Shown piece by piece: positions 47,743-57,561 of a stretch of 64,000 bases of DNA. Below the pieces are notes generated by a model. That model had not been told where the DNA came from. It saw nothing but the letters and a program-made list of their open reading frames with translations, and searched no databases. The stretch's first letter is position 1; every line of letters begins with the position of its first letter. This stretch comes from a virus (Duplodnaviria > Caudoviricetes): positions 29,764 to 93,763 of the IMG/VR virus record IMGVR_UViG_3300032135_000005, one strand, 5' to 3'. The translations under genes and the position numbers were made by a program.

Positions 47743-50268
47743 GTGGCGGAAATTGACATTATACGGGATGAGAGGCCCGGAATAAAAAAGGAAATAGATG
47801 AGGGAGCTTACGATTTAATATTTCAAGCTGTCCAAGAAGATCAATATTCCTTTCCTATACGTAGTTTTATACGAGAAGGAATAAGCAATGGTTTAGATGC
47901 TATTGTAGAACGTACCGTATATGAAGCAATCACTGCGGGACAACCTGTAGAGAATTATTATCTACAGCGAATGGATACTAAGTTATTAAAAGATTCAGGA
48001 TTTGACGATAGTTATTATAACCCTGCATTCCTTAGTACAAACGATAAAGTAGTAGTTACTTATATCGAGAACTCTCCTAGAGATAGGATTGAAATTACAG
48101 ATAAAGGAGTTGGGCTAAGTGGCTCTAGGTTAAAGGGTTACTTTAAAATAGGATTTTCGTCAAAAAGAAATATGAAGCATGTGATTGGCAAATTTGGAGC
48201 CGGATCTAAAGCAGGTCTTGCAACTGGAGTAGATTACTTCGTGATGGAAACTTGTTACAGCGGATTTAGAACTTCATTTATGATTTTCAAACACGATTAT
48301 GAACCTATTACACCTCAGCATGAAAATGGTAAGCAAGAAATGTGGTCTGTGACCATGGCTAATGATGAAGTAGAAGAGAGACCTGTTTATTGGGAACCTA
48401 CTACTGAATCTAATGGTGTTACCGTAACTTTAGAAGTAAAGAAACATAATAAAGATGCATTCATTAAAGCTGTTAGAGAACAGTTTCAATACTTCAATGG
48501 TAAAGTACGATTAAACCATATGAAAGAAGATGGTTCTATTGTAACTGACAAGTTAAATGAAACCCCTTCTTATGAATCTGATGTATTATTAATTCCAAAA
48601 TATTCTACATATACGTCTCCTCATATTTTAGTGGATGGGATATCCTATGGAGTAATAAGTTGGGAAGAACTTGAGTTGGATAGACGTCAAGGTAGAATTG
48701 CTATTAAAGTAGCAGCTACAGACGTAGATATTACCCAATCAAGAGAGTCATTGAAATGGACAGAGAAAACCAAGAAGACTATTCTATCTGCTGTAGAATC
48801 TGCAAAGGAAGAAGCATCTGATTACATAACTAACCGATTAAAGTTAGTGGATGATCAGGATATTTTTCACTTGAACAGATTGTATAGCACTATGCATACT
48901 CGAGAGTCTGATTCAGTAGACAGTCAATTTAAGAAATTCTTAGATATTTCTGCTATTACTGCAAAGTTTGTTCTGCGTAAACCATTTAAAGATATTACTA
49001 CCAGAATGTCATTTAATTTGTTTGAGTTCTTATTCTATTCTTTCACCGTAAAGAAGGTTAGTACCTATAAAGAAGGAAGTAAGATTAAGATTAGAACTGA
49101 GACTATAGAGTCATTTAGACTTATTGGAGATGCGAAGATTATTTATGCAGCTCAATCATCTTTAGGACCAAGATTAGCCGTACATCTACTTAATAAATAT
49201 GATGTTGGACATTTTGTATACATAAGAAAGAACTCTGCAAAAACTAAATCTATTCTTGAATTTCAAAAGAAAGAATATCCTACTAGTCAAGTTGATGAGT
49301 ACACTATAGATTTATTAGAAAAATATTCTGACCTAAATCTTGATGAGTATGATGTAGTTTATGATGAAACTGAAGATGAACTTGAAGGAGATGTGTCCGA
49401 AGAAGTAAAAGAAACGGGCTTAGCTGCTATGGAGCGTAAGATTAATAAGGAAGTTCTGTATATGCAGTATGAAGACCAAAATTTGAGGTTTAATGGACGG
49501 GATAATTTTAGTTACAATAGGATTAAACATACCATTAAACAAAATCAAATTGAAACTAGGTTTGAGGACTTTCCTGAAGGTATTATTATAGTACCTGCAA
49601 AGTTTACAGTTTTAGGTAAATTAATAGAGGTAGCTTGTTATATGACAACAGGAGAATTCCCTAGAAATGTAATTTATATTTCTCAAGAAGTAGTAAAATA
49701 CTTTTTACCTTATGGAATACTAGTGACAGATTACTTTAGACAATTAAACACACAAACCGGAGAACTCACGATAGGCAAACATATTAGAAATCTAAATACT
49801 TTACGTATCTTTAGAAAACTTTTACATAAATATAATACATATGCAACTAATGATAACATCATAGAATCTTTAACTGATATTAATCATAACATGTATGAAA
49901 CCTTGAGGAGAACCTCAGGAAATACTGACCCAAAATACATATTAGAGAACAAAATAGGTTCTAATTCTGATATGATAGATGAAATTTTTGAATACCTAGA
50001 AGTACTAGAAAAATTTCAACAAACTGTGAAAACAGGAGACAAAGAGTTGATTGCAAAAGAAGCTCTTGCATTGTTTAGTAGTGATGAAATCTACTATTTA
50101 GATGCATACGACGAAGAGTTTATATCCGTAATAGAATCTGAGTTTAAAAGGTTAGAACCTATTGAACCTCTACTTGCTGTTACTGAAGATACAGACTTGA
50201 CAAGATCAAAAGAATTATTCAATTTTATATTAGAAACCAAAAACAAATTAAGAAATGATAGTATATAG
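47743..50268 (+). CDS. rIIA: rIIA-like protein (GHKL ATPase N-terminus)
   Basis: IREGISNGLDA, ITDKGVGLS, GKFGAGSK, DITQSRESL; adjacent to an rIIB-like gene. Confidence 0.82.
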   Translation: MAEIDIIRDERPGIKKEIDEGAYDLIFQAVQEDQYSFPIRSFIREGISNGLDAIVERTVYEAITAGQPVENYYLQRMDTKLLKDSGFDDSYYNPAFLSTNDKVVVTYIENSPRDRIEITDKGVGLSGSRLKGYFKIGFSSKRNMKHVIGKFGAGSKAGLATGVDYFVMETCYSGFRTSFMIFKHDYEPITPQHENGKQEMWSVTMANDEVEERPVYWEPTTESNGVTVTLEVKKHNKDAFIKAVREQFQYFNGKVRLNHMKEDGSIVTDKLNETPSYESDVLLIPKYSTYTSPHILVDGISYGVISWEELELDRRQGRIAIKVAATDVDITQSRESLKWTEKTKKTILSAVESAKEEASDYITNRLKLVDDQDIFHLNRLYSTMHTRESDSVDSQFKKFLDISAITAKFVLRKPFKDITTRMSFNLFEFLFYSFTVKKVSTYKEGSKIKIRTETIESFRLIGDAKIIYAAQSSLGPRLAVHLLNKYDVGHFVYIRKNSAKTKSILEFQKKEYPTSQVDEYTIDLLEKYSDLNLDEYDVVYDETEDELEGDVSEEVKETGLAAMERKINKEVLYMQYEDQNLRFNGRDNFSYNRIKHTIKQNQIETRFEDFPEGIIIVPAKFTVLGKLIEVACYMTTGEFPRNVIYISQEVVKYFLPYGILVTDYFRQLNTQTGELTIGKHIRNLNTLRIFRKLLHKYNTYATNDNIIESLTDINHNMYETLRRTSGNTDPKYILENKIGSNSDMIDEIFEYLEVLEKFQQTVKTGDKELIAKEALALFSSDEIYYLDAYDEEFISVIESEFKRLEPIEPLLAVTEDTDLTRSKELFNFILETKNKLRNDSI

Positions 50269-51388
50269 AAAATTACAAGACACAATTGCAGGAACAGTAG
50301 ATGGTAAACCGTTTAATATGGCTAAAACACCTGAGAATATTACATTCTTAGATAAAGCTAATAAAGATGGAGCTACCGTTGAAGAGGTTCTTGCATACGT
50401 TAAAGCAAGTCGAAGCAATGAGATTGCTATGACAAATAAATATTTAATATTTCGTCCCGCTACGGATGAGTATTTCTTAGCCTTTGATGGCTTCAGAAGT
50501 AAACAACCTATTCCTGCAGTATTGAGAGCTATCATAGAACGCTCTTATGATAAGGATATTGATTTTATGCCGGTTATTAAAACTTGGGCGAGATTACTTG
50601 GTAATCCTCGTTATAGTGAAGATATGGCTCGTTATTTTGAAACCTATTTAGATACTACTTTTGTAGATGAAGATGAAGTTAGACGTTTGATGGATGAAGA
50701 AGATTATACAAGAGAAGCTGCTAAAGCTCTAGCTACTTACCAAGATATCGCAATATCTCAAGAAGGTTTATTAGTTACTTATAAAGTTGCAGAAATTGTA
50801 ACTTGGGAGTATATGATGGAACTTCAAGAAGATGGTACTTATGAAAAAGTTATGAAAGATTCACTAGTAAGAATTCCTGCTGTAATTGATACTGTAACAG
50901 GAGAAGTTCTTGAGGAAGAAAAATTTGAAAAACCTGTTACTAAAGAAGAATTCATATTTACACCGGCTATATATAGAAATGGACATAAATTCTATTCGGG
51001 AGATAAATTAGGTTATATCTATCAAGTTGGTAAAGTTCAATATTTACCTGCTGAAGCACCTAGAAATCTAAACAATTCGTTTGGTGGAGGTGGTCTTTAT
51101 ATTGGAGGCTTAAATTATGTAGAAGGTTACAGAAGTAGTGGTACTCACGTACTTACTTGTTTTGTAAATCCAAGTGATATTATATCTTTCCAAGCAGAAG
51201 GTTCCGCAATTAGAGTTGATGCTTTAATGCCTAACAATGTTTGGGATGAAGCTGCAAAATTAGCAGGAGTATATCATAGCTCTGATTATGGAAAAATGTC
51301 TGGAGCTCGTATCGACGAAATCGTTAAGCTTGCTGTTGAAAATGGAGTAGACATCTTGAAAGAACAGACTGACTCTCCTGATGAGTAA
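50255..51388 (+). CDS. rIIB: rIIB-like protein
   Basis: ISQEGLLVTYK...GGGLYIGGLNYV...CFVNPSDIIS pattern of rIIB. Confidence 0.78.
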   Translation: MIVYRKLQDTIAGTVDGKPFNMAKTPENITFLDKANKDGATVEEVLAYVKASRSNEIAMTNKYLIFRPATDEYFLAFDGFRSKQPIPAVLRAIIERSYDKDIDFMPVIKTWARLLGNPRYSEDMARYFETYLDTTFVDEDEVRRLMDEEDYTREAAKALATYQDIAISQEGLLVTYKVAEIVTWEYMMELQEDGTYEKVMKDSLVRIPAVIDTVTGEVLEEEKFEKPVTKEEFIFTPAIYRNGHKFYSGDKLGYIYQVGKVQYLPAEAPRNLNNSFGGGGLYIGGLNYVEGYRSSGTHVLTCFVNPSDIISFQAEGSAIRVDALMPNNVWDEAAKLAGVYHSSDYGKMSGARIDEIVKLAVENGVDILKEQTDSPDE

Positions 51389-52238
51389 ATTGTTATCAAT
51401 ACTAGATTTGGACAGTATGTTACACATTGTAGCTGCTGTCCAATATGGTGCAGGTAATAGAGATAGACCTGGTATTGTGAAGGGTCACGTACATAGGTTT
51501 ATTTCTACTATTTGTAAGAACTCTGGAAGTGATGATATCCTAATGTTATACCAGAACAAAGGTCATAACAACTTCAGGAATGATATTCTTCCTTCCTATA
51601 AAGGACACAGAGTTCCTTCAGATGCTATATTGTGTTGGAAAGATACAATTATCCAAGCATTTCAAGAAGCTAACGCGTATCCTTTAAATAACATAGAGAC
51701 TGATGATGCTATGAGTATTTTAGCTGAACATATTGGCTATAGAAAAGTACTCTTAATCACTGCAGATAAAGATATGAAACAAGTCCCTACACAATTTTAT
51801 AATCCATTTAAAAAGAATATTACTTGGGAAGATCGTTGGTATAGTGCCACCGAAGCTCAAGCTGAAAGATTCTTATGGGAACAAGTTCTGGCTGGAGACC
51901 CTACTGATATGCCAGGTGAGTTTTGTGGAATTGAAGGTGTTGGTCCAAAAACTGCAATTAAAATGTGTGACTGTGAATTACCCTATGGAGCAATTGTAAA
52001 CAAAGAGTATACGAAGAAGTATGAAGAAGATGGCCTTGCTCGAGCAGCTCTGACTTATAAAATGGTTAGACTACTTAGAATGAGTGACCTAGAAGGTTCT
52101 TACATCAATAAAGATGCAGTTAATGAAATAAAAGATTTGTTAGCTGACCATAGAAACTTCTTTTACCCTATCATAGATACGATAGCTGATTTATTTCAGA
52201 AGAGTACACCAGACCCAACTTCATTATTTAAAAAATAA
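51381..52238 (+). CDS. 5'-3' exonuclease / flap endonuclease
   Basis: ILDLDS, FRNDI.PSYKGHR, ETDD, DKDMKQ, LAGDPTD, GIEGVGPKTA (H3TH). Confidence 0.88.
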   Translation: MSKLLSILDLDSMLHIVAAVQYGAGNRDRPGIVKGHVHRFISTICKNSGSDDILMLYQNKGHNNFRNDILPSYKGHRVPSDAILCWKDTIIQAFQEANAYPLNNIETDDAMSILAEHIGYRKVLLITADKDMKQVPTQFYNPFKKNITWEDRWYSATEAQAERFLWEQVLAGDPTDMPGEFCGIEGVGPKTAIKMCDCELPYGAIVNKEYTKKYEEDGLARAALTYKMVRLLRMSDLEGSYINKDAVNEIKDLLADHRNFFYPIIDTIADLFQKSTPDPTSLFKK

Positions 52239-52243
52239 AAATT

Positions 52244-52762
52244 ATGATTATACCAAAAGATGATTCTTTAGTAACGTATTATGTACTTCCTTTGGTTGGT
52301 GTAAACAAATTAACTTTTGGGAGGTCTTTCAAAGCTTCCTTTCTTTCACAAGATGGGACCAAAGTTTATGTAGAGCTTTCTAAGAATATGCATACCCCTA
52401 ATTACAAAGCTAACTATAACTACGTTGTTGAAATGATGCACGGAGATGTTAAATTTGTGATATTTATCATACCTACAGAATATGCAATTGATATTGAACA
52501 TTTTATAGCAGGTACATATTCTAAATTTCAAAAGAGTACAAAGAAGAAAATTTATCAAACCTCATCCCTACCTTATAATGCAACTATGGGAAGTTTTTCT
52601 GTTTCAAGCCCTATATTACAAGCTTTAGACAAAACAAAAACTCTTCGTAGTCATTTGATAAGCAGTTTAGGTATGAAAGAAAAGGATATTCCTTTTTCTA
52701 GTGAACTAATAGACCCACCTAAAGATAGTTGGTTTATTGAACACCGATTTCAACATGTATAA
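52244..52762 (+). CDS. Hypothetical protein
   Basis: 172 aa; F.AG.YSKF motif. Confidence 0.65.
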   Translation: MIIPKDDSLVTYYVLPLVGVNKLTFGRSFKASFLSQDGTKVYVELSKNMHTPNYKANYNYVVEMMHGDVKFVIFIIPTEYAIDIEHFIAGTYSKFQKSTKKKIYQTSSLPYNATMGSFSVSSPILQALDKTKTLRSHLISSLGMKEKDIPFSSELIDPPKDSWFIEHRFQHV

Positions 52763-52982
52763 TTTAAGTAGAATAAAATTTATAGGATGGATTTGTACAA
52801 GTTGTTTCTTTGAACAAAAAGGAACAATGATTAAAGAAGATTTAATTAAAGGTTCTGAGTTTATAGTGACAGTTCAGAACCTTCTTGACCATACCCAAAA
52901 TATCCCTAGTCGTCTAATTGATGAAGAGGTAGATTCACGATACGTAAGGAATGATCAGTGCATATTATATTATAAACATTAA
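52755..52982 (+). CDS. Hypothetical protein
   Basis: Likely ATG at 52755; CxxC. Confidence 0.45.
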   Translation: MYNLSRIKFIGWICTSCFFEQKGTMIKEDLIKGSEFIVTVQNLLDHTQNIPSRLIDEEVDSRYVRNDQCILYYKH

Positions 52983-52991
52983 ATATTAATT

Positions 52992-53351
52992 ATGAAAATG
53001 ATTTTTATATCTTTATTTATATTATTTAGTATAAATGAGAATACTTCTGTTACAGTGACTGTATATCATGCAGTTCCTGAACAGTGTAATTCAGACCCCG
53101 GACACACAGCTTCAATGTTTAAGCTGAACTTGAGCGACCCTTATAGTCATAAGATTATAGCCGTCTCAAGAGACCTACTAAAGAAGTACCCTTTTGGTTC
53201 TTGTGTAGTAGTTAAAGGAACCGATTATGATGGTACCTACCAAGTACAAGATCTTTTAAATAAGAGATACAAAAAACGAATTGATATTTTAATTAACCTG
53301 GATATGCCCATTGGGAAATGGACAAATGCCACAATAACCGAAACTAAATGA
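52992..53351 (+). CDS. 3D/RlpA-like (double-psi barrel) cell-wall protein with signal anchor
   Basis: N-terminal hydrophobic segment; TVTVY...HTAS...IAVSRDLL...VQD...RIDIL. Confidence 0.7.
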   Translation: MKMIFISLFILFSINENTSVTVTVYHAVPEQCNSDPGHTASMFKLNLSDPYSHKIIAVSRDLLKKYPFGSCVVVKGTDYDGTYQVQDLLNKRYKKRIDILINLDMPIGKWTNATITETK

Positions 53352-54403
53352 AAGAATTTTCACCAATGTTATTACCAAACAATAAAGCAGGAGAAGCTCC
53401 TGATTGGGAAGAACGATTAGATAATGTATCTGATTGGCTTATATCCAATAAAGCAGATGGAGGACGAGTAGAAATATACGGGTCTGGAGATTTAACAGGA
53501 AGAAGTCTTAAAAATTTACCAAGTATGCATATGAATCGTATGGCAGAAGATCTTGCACTACTATTACAATTTGATGGTGTTATAGAAGCTGAATTTTATA
53601 GTCCTAATATGAATTTCTCTGAGATAATGCACTTCTTTAAAACTGAAGATGTAACATCAGACCATACTGTAAGTAAATACGAAAAACTATGGGCTAAATC
53701 AGAAGGTGTAGAAGAAAAGGGTTGGCCTTATCCCGGAAGAGATGTAAAATGGGCAACTACTTGGCATCCTTGCTTAAGGTTCTATGTATTTGACCACTTA
53801 ACTCACAGTAAAGATAGTAGAACTAAGAATGAAAGATATGAAAACCTTGTAAATATTTTTACTGAGTTATCTTATATAGATAAATTAGCTTGCATAATTC
53901 CTCAGTATTCAGTACGTGATATTGATGCAGTATATCAAGCATTCGACCAAGCTATAATAGATGGTTACGAAGGTATTGTACTTATGTATAGATATTCTCG
54001 GTATAAAATGGGAAGACATACTTTAAAATCTAAGCAAGCCTTTAAGATTAAAGATGATATTGCTCCGTTCGATGGCATAATTCTATCCGTAGAAGAAGCT
54101 ACTGAAGCTAGAGAAGGTTCTGAGAGAACTGTCAATGAACTTGGACGTAGTGTTACCTCTAAACTGAAGGAAGACAGAATTCCTAGTGGAATGGCTAAAG
54201 GCTTTAAAGTTTCTATGGATGATGGTAATGAACTTACTGTATCCTTAAATGATTTCAATCACGCTGAGCGTAGAGAACTACTTAAGAATGAGAATTACTG
54301 GATAGGACAAACCATCAGATTTACTGGTGCTCCTCCTGTAAAAGCAGGAGGTTGCCCGCGCCACAGCCACTATAGTCGCGGAAATGTGCGTGATTCTAAA
54401 TAA
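53348..54403 (+). CDS. lig: ATP-dependent DNA ligase
   Basis: KADGGR (motif I), EAE, FYVFD, GYEGIVL, FKIK, C-terminal PRH..R. Confidence 0.85.
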   Translation: MKEFSPMLLPNNKAGEAPDWEERLDNVSDWLISNKADGGRVEIYGSGDLTGRSLKNLPSMHMNRMAEDLALLLQFDGVIEAEFYSPNMNFSEIMHFFKTEDVTSDHTVSKYEKLWAKSEGVEEKGWPYPGRDVKWATTWHPCLRFYVFDHLTHSKDSRTKNERYENLVNIFTELSYIDKLACIIPQYSVRDIDAVYQAFDQAIIDGYEGIVLMYRYSRYKMGRHTLKSKQAFKIKDDIAPFDGIILSVEEATEAREGSERTVNELGRSVTSKLKEDRIPSGMAKGFKVSMDDGNELTVSLNDFNHAERRELLKNENYWIGQTIRFTGAPPVKAGGCPRHSHYSRGNVRDSK

Positions 54404-54448
54404 TTTAAAAAGTATAACAAATTTATTAATGCAGAAAAATTATAAACA

Positions 54449-54736
54449 ATGAAAATAATAGGACAAACACTTAATGGCTACATTATTGAGGCCACTAATA
54501 CTGAAGTAAGAGCAATTTTAGATGCTACTGGCGTTAAAAGTAAAGGAAACAAAGTAGAACCCGTAGTGGGTGATAGACTACCAGCTTTTGATTATGCTGG
54601 TGTAATTGTACAATGCAAAGCATTTAAAACATCATATGATTACACTGAAATTAAACGTAAGATGACTGACTTATCTGACACTTTCTTTAAAATAACAAGT
54701 GCCGTTGATAGTTTAGATTTCAAAGAAGATGTCTAA
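54449..54736 (+). CDS. Hypothetical protein
   Basis: 95-aa ORF. Confidence 0.6.
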   Translation: MKIIGQTLNGYIIEATNTEVRAILDATGVKSKGNKVEPVVGDRLPAFDYAGVIVQCKAFKTSYDYTEIKRKMTDLSDTFFKITSAVDSLDFKEDV

Positions 54737-54899
54737 TTTATTAGAATTAGACGACGACTCCCTAATGCCTTGGGGTAAACACAAAGGCGATAAGATGAAG
54801 AATGTCCCAGATGCATATTTAAAATATATGTATGATTCTGGGAAAGTAGACGCTAGAGTCAAAGCGTATATAGAAGAATATTTAAACTATACAGAATGA
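54729..54899 (+). CDS. DUF3820-like small protein (56 aa)
   Basis: Read manually: MPWGKHKGDKMKNVPDAYLKYM matches the MPFGKHKG...VP..YL.W pattern. Confidence 0.65.
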   Translation: MSNLLELDDDSLMPWGKHKGDKMKNVPDAYLKYMYDSGKVDARVKAYIEEYLNYTE

Positions 54900-55123
54900 A
54901 AAAATTTATAATAGCATTCATCTTTAATCTCATAGTTGCATCAGTAGTCTACCATATTATTATTGTAGGCTTCTTTGTTTCTATATGGGATTTTAGTAGA
55001 ATAACAGAAATGTACACCTCGGAAGGAGCAATAGGAATATTTAGAATAGCAATCTTTATAGTGTTCTTAGCTAGTTTTATGGGGAGATTAAAAATAGACT
55101 TTAAATCTAACGACGATGAATAA
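54896..55123 (+). CDS. Small membrane protein
   Basis: Two hydrophobic segments. Confidence 0.55.
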   Translation: MKKFIIAFIFNLIVASVVYHIIIVGFFVSIWDFSRITEMYTSEGAIGIFRIAIFIVFLASFMGRLKIDFKSNDDE

Positions 55124-55394
55124 AGAAGAACTAATACTTAGAATTTTTGAAATTAATGCTATAACGAGTACTCGTTTACAATCTACAGATGCTTTACGTA
55201 AGTTAAGTACATTAGAACTTACTCTTAAACTTAATGATTTATATACTCCTTACATTCTTAAGTTACATGAATGTTACTATGATAAGAAAATAGGAAAAAA
55301 TATACTTAAAGTCCCTGGAGGATGGCTATACGGAAATTATGATTCCGTAGCAGATAGAGTATACGATGAAATCTTTGTATCTTCAGTAGTATGA
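55116..55394 (+). CDS. Hypothetical protein
   Basis: 92 aa; KVPGGWLY. Confidence 0.55.
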   Translation: MNKEELILRIFEINAITSTRLQSTDALRKLSTLELTLKLNDLYTPYILKLHECYYDKKIGKNILKVPGGWLYGNYDSVADRVYDEIFVSSVV

Positions 55395-55425
55395 ACAGAG
55401 TAAAAACTTATGTAACTTTGATCTT

Positions 55426-55614
55426 ATGATTAAATTACATTACGATCCTATTTTAGGATATACACATAGTTCGATAGAGCCTGAACTAAAAGGCTCTACT
55501 CGAATTTACAATAAGAGTTACTTTTCCAGATTCACCAGTAAAATGGTACCTCGGGTTTCAAGACTCTTTAGAACTCAATATAAACAAACAACTAAAAGAC
55601 ATGATGACAACTAA
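55426..55614 (+). CDS. Hypothetical protein
   Basis: 62 aa; promoter-like TAACTTTG at 55413-55420. Confidence 0.45.
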   Translation: MIKLHYDPILGYTHSSIEPELKGSTRIYNKSYFSRFTSKMVPRVSRLFRTQYKQTTKRHDDN

Positions 55615-55945
55615 AAGATTTCCTGAGTTTGATGCCAGACAGAGTGGTTCTATGGATAGAATAACTGTTCATTTAGAATGCTTCGTTAGAATCAAACGGG
55701 ATAATAGATATTGGAAAGTACTAGTGGCAGATGATTTTACATATATGAATTACATAAAAGAATTTCAGCAGTTTACAATTGATGTACAAAGATTTCACGC
55801 ACACTGTAGAATGACTGAGCTGTTCTTTCAAATGCCCAGTGAAAATATGCTTGAACAATTACTCAGAAGAGGAATTTTTGAAGAGTGCCACTCACATTTA
55901 TCTAATAAAGAAGAAGACCTACTGCGTTATGGAAAAACTATTTAA
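55601..55945 (+). CDS. Hypothetical protein
   Basis: 114-aa coupled ORF. Confidence 0.55.
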   Translation: MMTTKRFPEFDARQSGSMDRITVHLECFVRIKRDNRYWKVLVADDFTYMNYIKEFQQFTIDVQRFHAHCRMTELFFQMPSENMLEQLLRRGIFEECHSHLSNKEEDLLRYGKTI

Positions 55946-56576
55946 TCCAACCCAAGAGGACTTTTTCGATATGTGGGCCCAAGAACTCGTAGATGCAGGA
56001 TACATTGATGAATTAGTATCTCATCCTGATGTACCTACATTTCAATTGTTTGATGGTTTATCTAAGCCATTTGATAAAAAGAAGAATGTAATTCTAAATC
56101 CAGTAGCTTATACTCCAGATAGAATTATTAAATGGAATCCAAAAGCTAAAGGTATTTTCTACACTCCGTTTGAAGCTGAAAATAGTATGTGGAGTGACTG
56201 TTACTTTAATCCTCAGTATAAACATCCAACAGTAATTGAAGAGAGTGAAGGATTCTACTACTCAATAGTAGAAGTGAAAGGACCAACAGGTAACCAAAAA
56301 GCTTATGGTCAAGACTTTAAATTTACTCAGAAGTGGTTATGGGCTAACACACAACAGTTTGTGCAGAAGGTAATGCTATCTCCTATAAAACCTATGAAGT
56401 CAGATCTTAAATACTTGTGGGCAACTACATTTACACCGAAGAGGTTCTTGTATACTGATAAATTATCTACTAACAAGAACAACCCAGTACCCTGGAGGAC
56501 TATTCCTAACAAGAAAGGAGTACCTAATTGGGAAGTAAGAACTTTAGAGGAATTCCTTAAACTAAAAAAATTATGA
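55929..56576 (+). CDS. PD-(D/E)xK nuclease-like protein
   Basis: VAYTPD...IVEVKG...F...KW; likely start MEKLF. Confidence 0.65.
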   Translation: MEKLFNPTQEDFFDMWAQELVDAGYIDELVSHPDVPTFQLFDGLSKPFDKKKNVILNPVAYTPDRIIKWNPKAKGIFYTPFEAENSMWSDCYFNPQYKHPTVIEESEGFYYSIVEVKGPTGNQKAYGQDFKFTQKWLWANTQQFVQKVMLSPIKPMKSDLKYLWATTFTPKRFLYTDKLSTNKNNPVPWRTIPNKKGVPNWEVRTLEEFLKLKKL

Positions 56577-56974
56577 ATAAATTAATTCAAACAAGATTAC
56601 ATAATAGTGAAAAGTCTAATGAAAGAGGTAATTGCTTTCCAACAGTTATAGCCTGTTTAATGGGATATGAAAGCCCTGAAGATGTTATACAAATTCAAGA
56701 GTATTATAAAGGAGTAGAAGAGGAAGAAGACCATAATTGGATAGATGTATTGATGCAGTGGCTAAATGAAAGAAATTATGATTGGTATGGTTTAGAAGGC
56801 CATCAATTTGATGATAGCTTCTATTTAGTAACAGGAAGGACAGAAAGAGGAACTGTACACGTTTGTATTTATAAAAATGGTAAGTTATATCACGATCCCC
56901 ACCCAAGTGGAAAAGGTCTAACTGAAATATTAAATTATGAAATAATTGAACGTATAAAAAACCCTACCGATTAA
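56573..56974 (+). CDS. Papain-like cysteine peptidase-fold protein
   Basis: GNCF...IACL, HVCIY...HDPHPS give a Cys-His-Asp arrangement. Confidence 0.55.
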   Translation: MNKLIQTRLHNSEKSNERGNCFPTVIACLMGYESPEDVIQIQEYYKGVEEEEDHNWIDVLMQWLNERNYDWYGLEGHQFDDSFYLVTGRTERGTVHVCIYKNGKLYHDPHPSGKGLTEILNYEIIERIKNPTD

Positions 56975-57036
56975 GGTAGGGTCAAAAAATAACCAAAAAT
57001 AAAAAAGTATAAATGACTTCATTAAGTTCAAATATA
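56956..57036 (-). ncRNA. Candidate small RNA 1 (~70 nt) with its own promoter and terminator
   Basis: Minus TATATTTG (57029-36); terminator ACCCTACC/GGTAGGGT with a U-tract only on the minus strand. Confidence 0.55.
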
Positions 57037-57083
57037 ATGATTTTCTAAATAATATACTAACTTTACATTTTAAAATATAGATT

Positions 57084-57374
57084 ATGGAAGAATTAACTTT
57101 ATTAGAAACTATTGAATGGGCTCAACACCCATTTGAAATATGTGCAGGTCAGCCTATTATACAAGCAGCTAACTTTGAGTCATTATCAAATGACTTGTCT
57201 TCATTTAAAGAGGTTACACTTACTTCTGCAGAAATACTAGCAGTTCTTATTGAACAATCTAAACGTTTTACGGCGTGTGGTGGTAATAATGCAGAAGTAT
57301 CTCGCTTTGGTGTAGTCAGAAAGATGCCTAAAAGTGGGTGGAAGTACCTTATTGACATATTTGTTGCAAAATAG
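57084..57374 (+). CDS. Hypothetical protein
   Basis: 96 aa; promoter-like TAACTTTA at 57058-65. Confidence 0.6.
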   Translation: MEELTLLETIEWAQHPFEICAGQPIIQAANFESLSNDLSSFKEVTLTSAEILAVLIEQSKRFTACGGNNAEVSRFGVVRKMPKSGWKYLIDIFVAK

Positions 57375-57479
57375 AAAAAGCCTGCGTAAACAGGCTTATT
57401 CTTGAGGATAAATGTAATTTAAAAACGTAATTATGTAACTCTACGTTGCAAATATACAACTATTATTGATACAAACAAA
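57375..57479 (-). ncRNA. Candidate small RNA 2 (~70 nt) with its own promoter and terminator
   Basis: TTTG (57476-79), 19 nt, TATATTTG (57449-56); terminator AAGCCTG/CAGGCTT-TTT on the minus strand. Confidence 0.6.
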
Positions 57480-57561
57480 TAAAAGTTTAATATAATAAAC
57501 TTTGTTATGTAAATAATATTTTCTATTTTTGTACAGAATAACAAAATATATAATCGTAACT

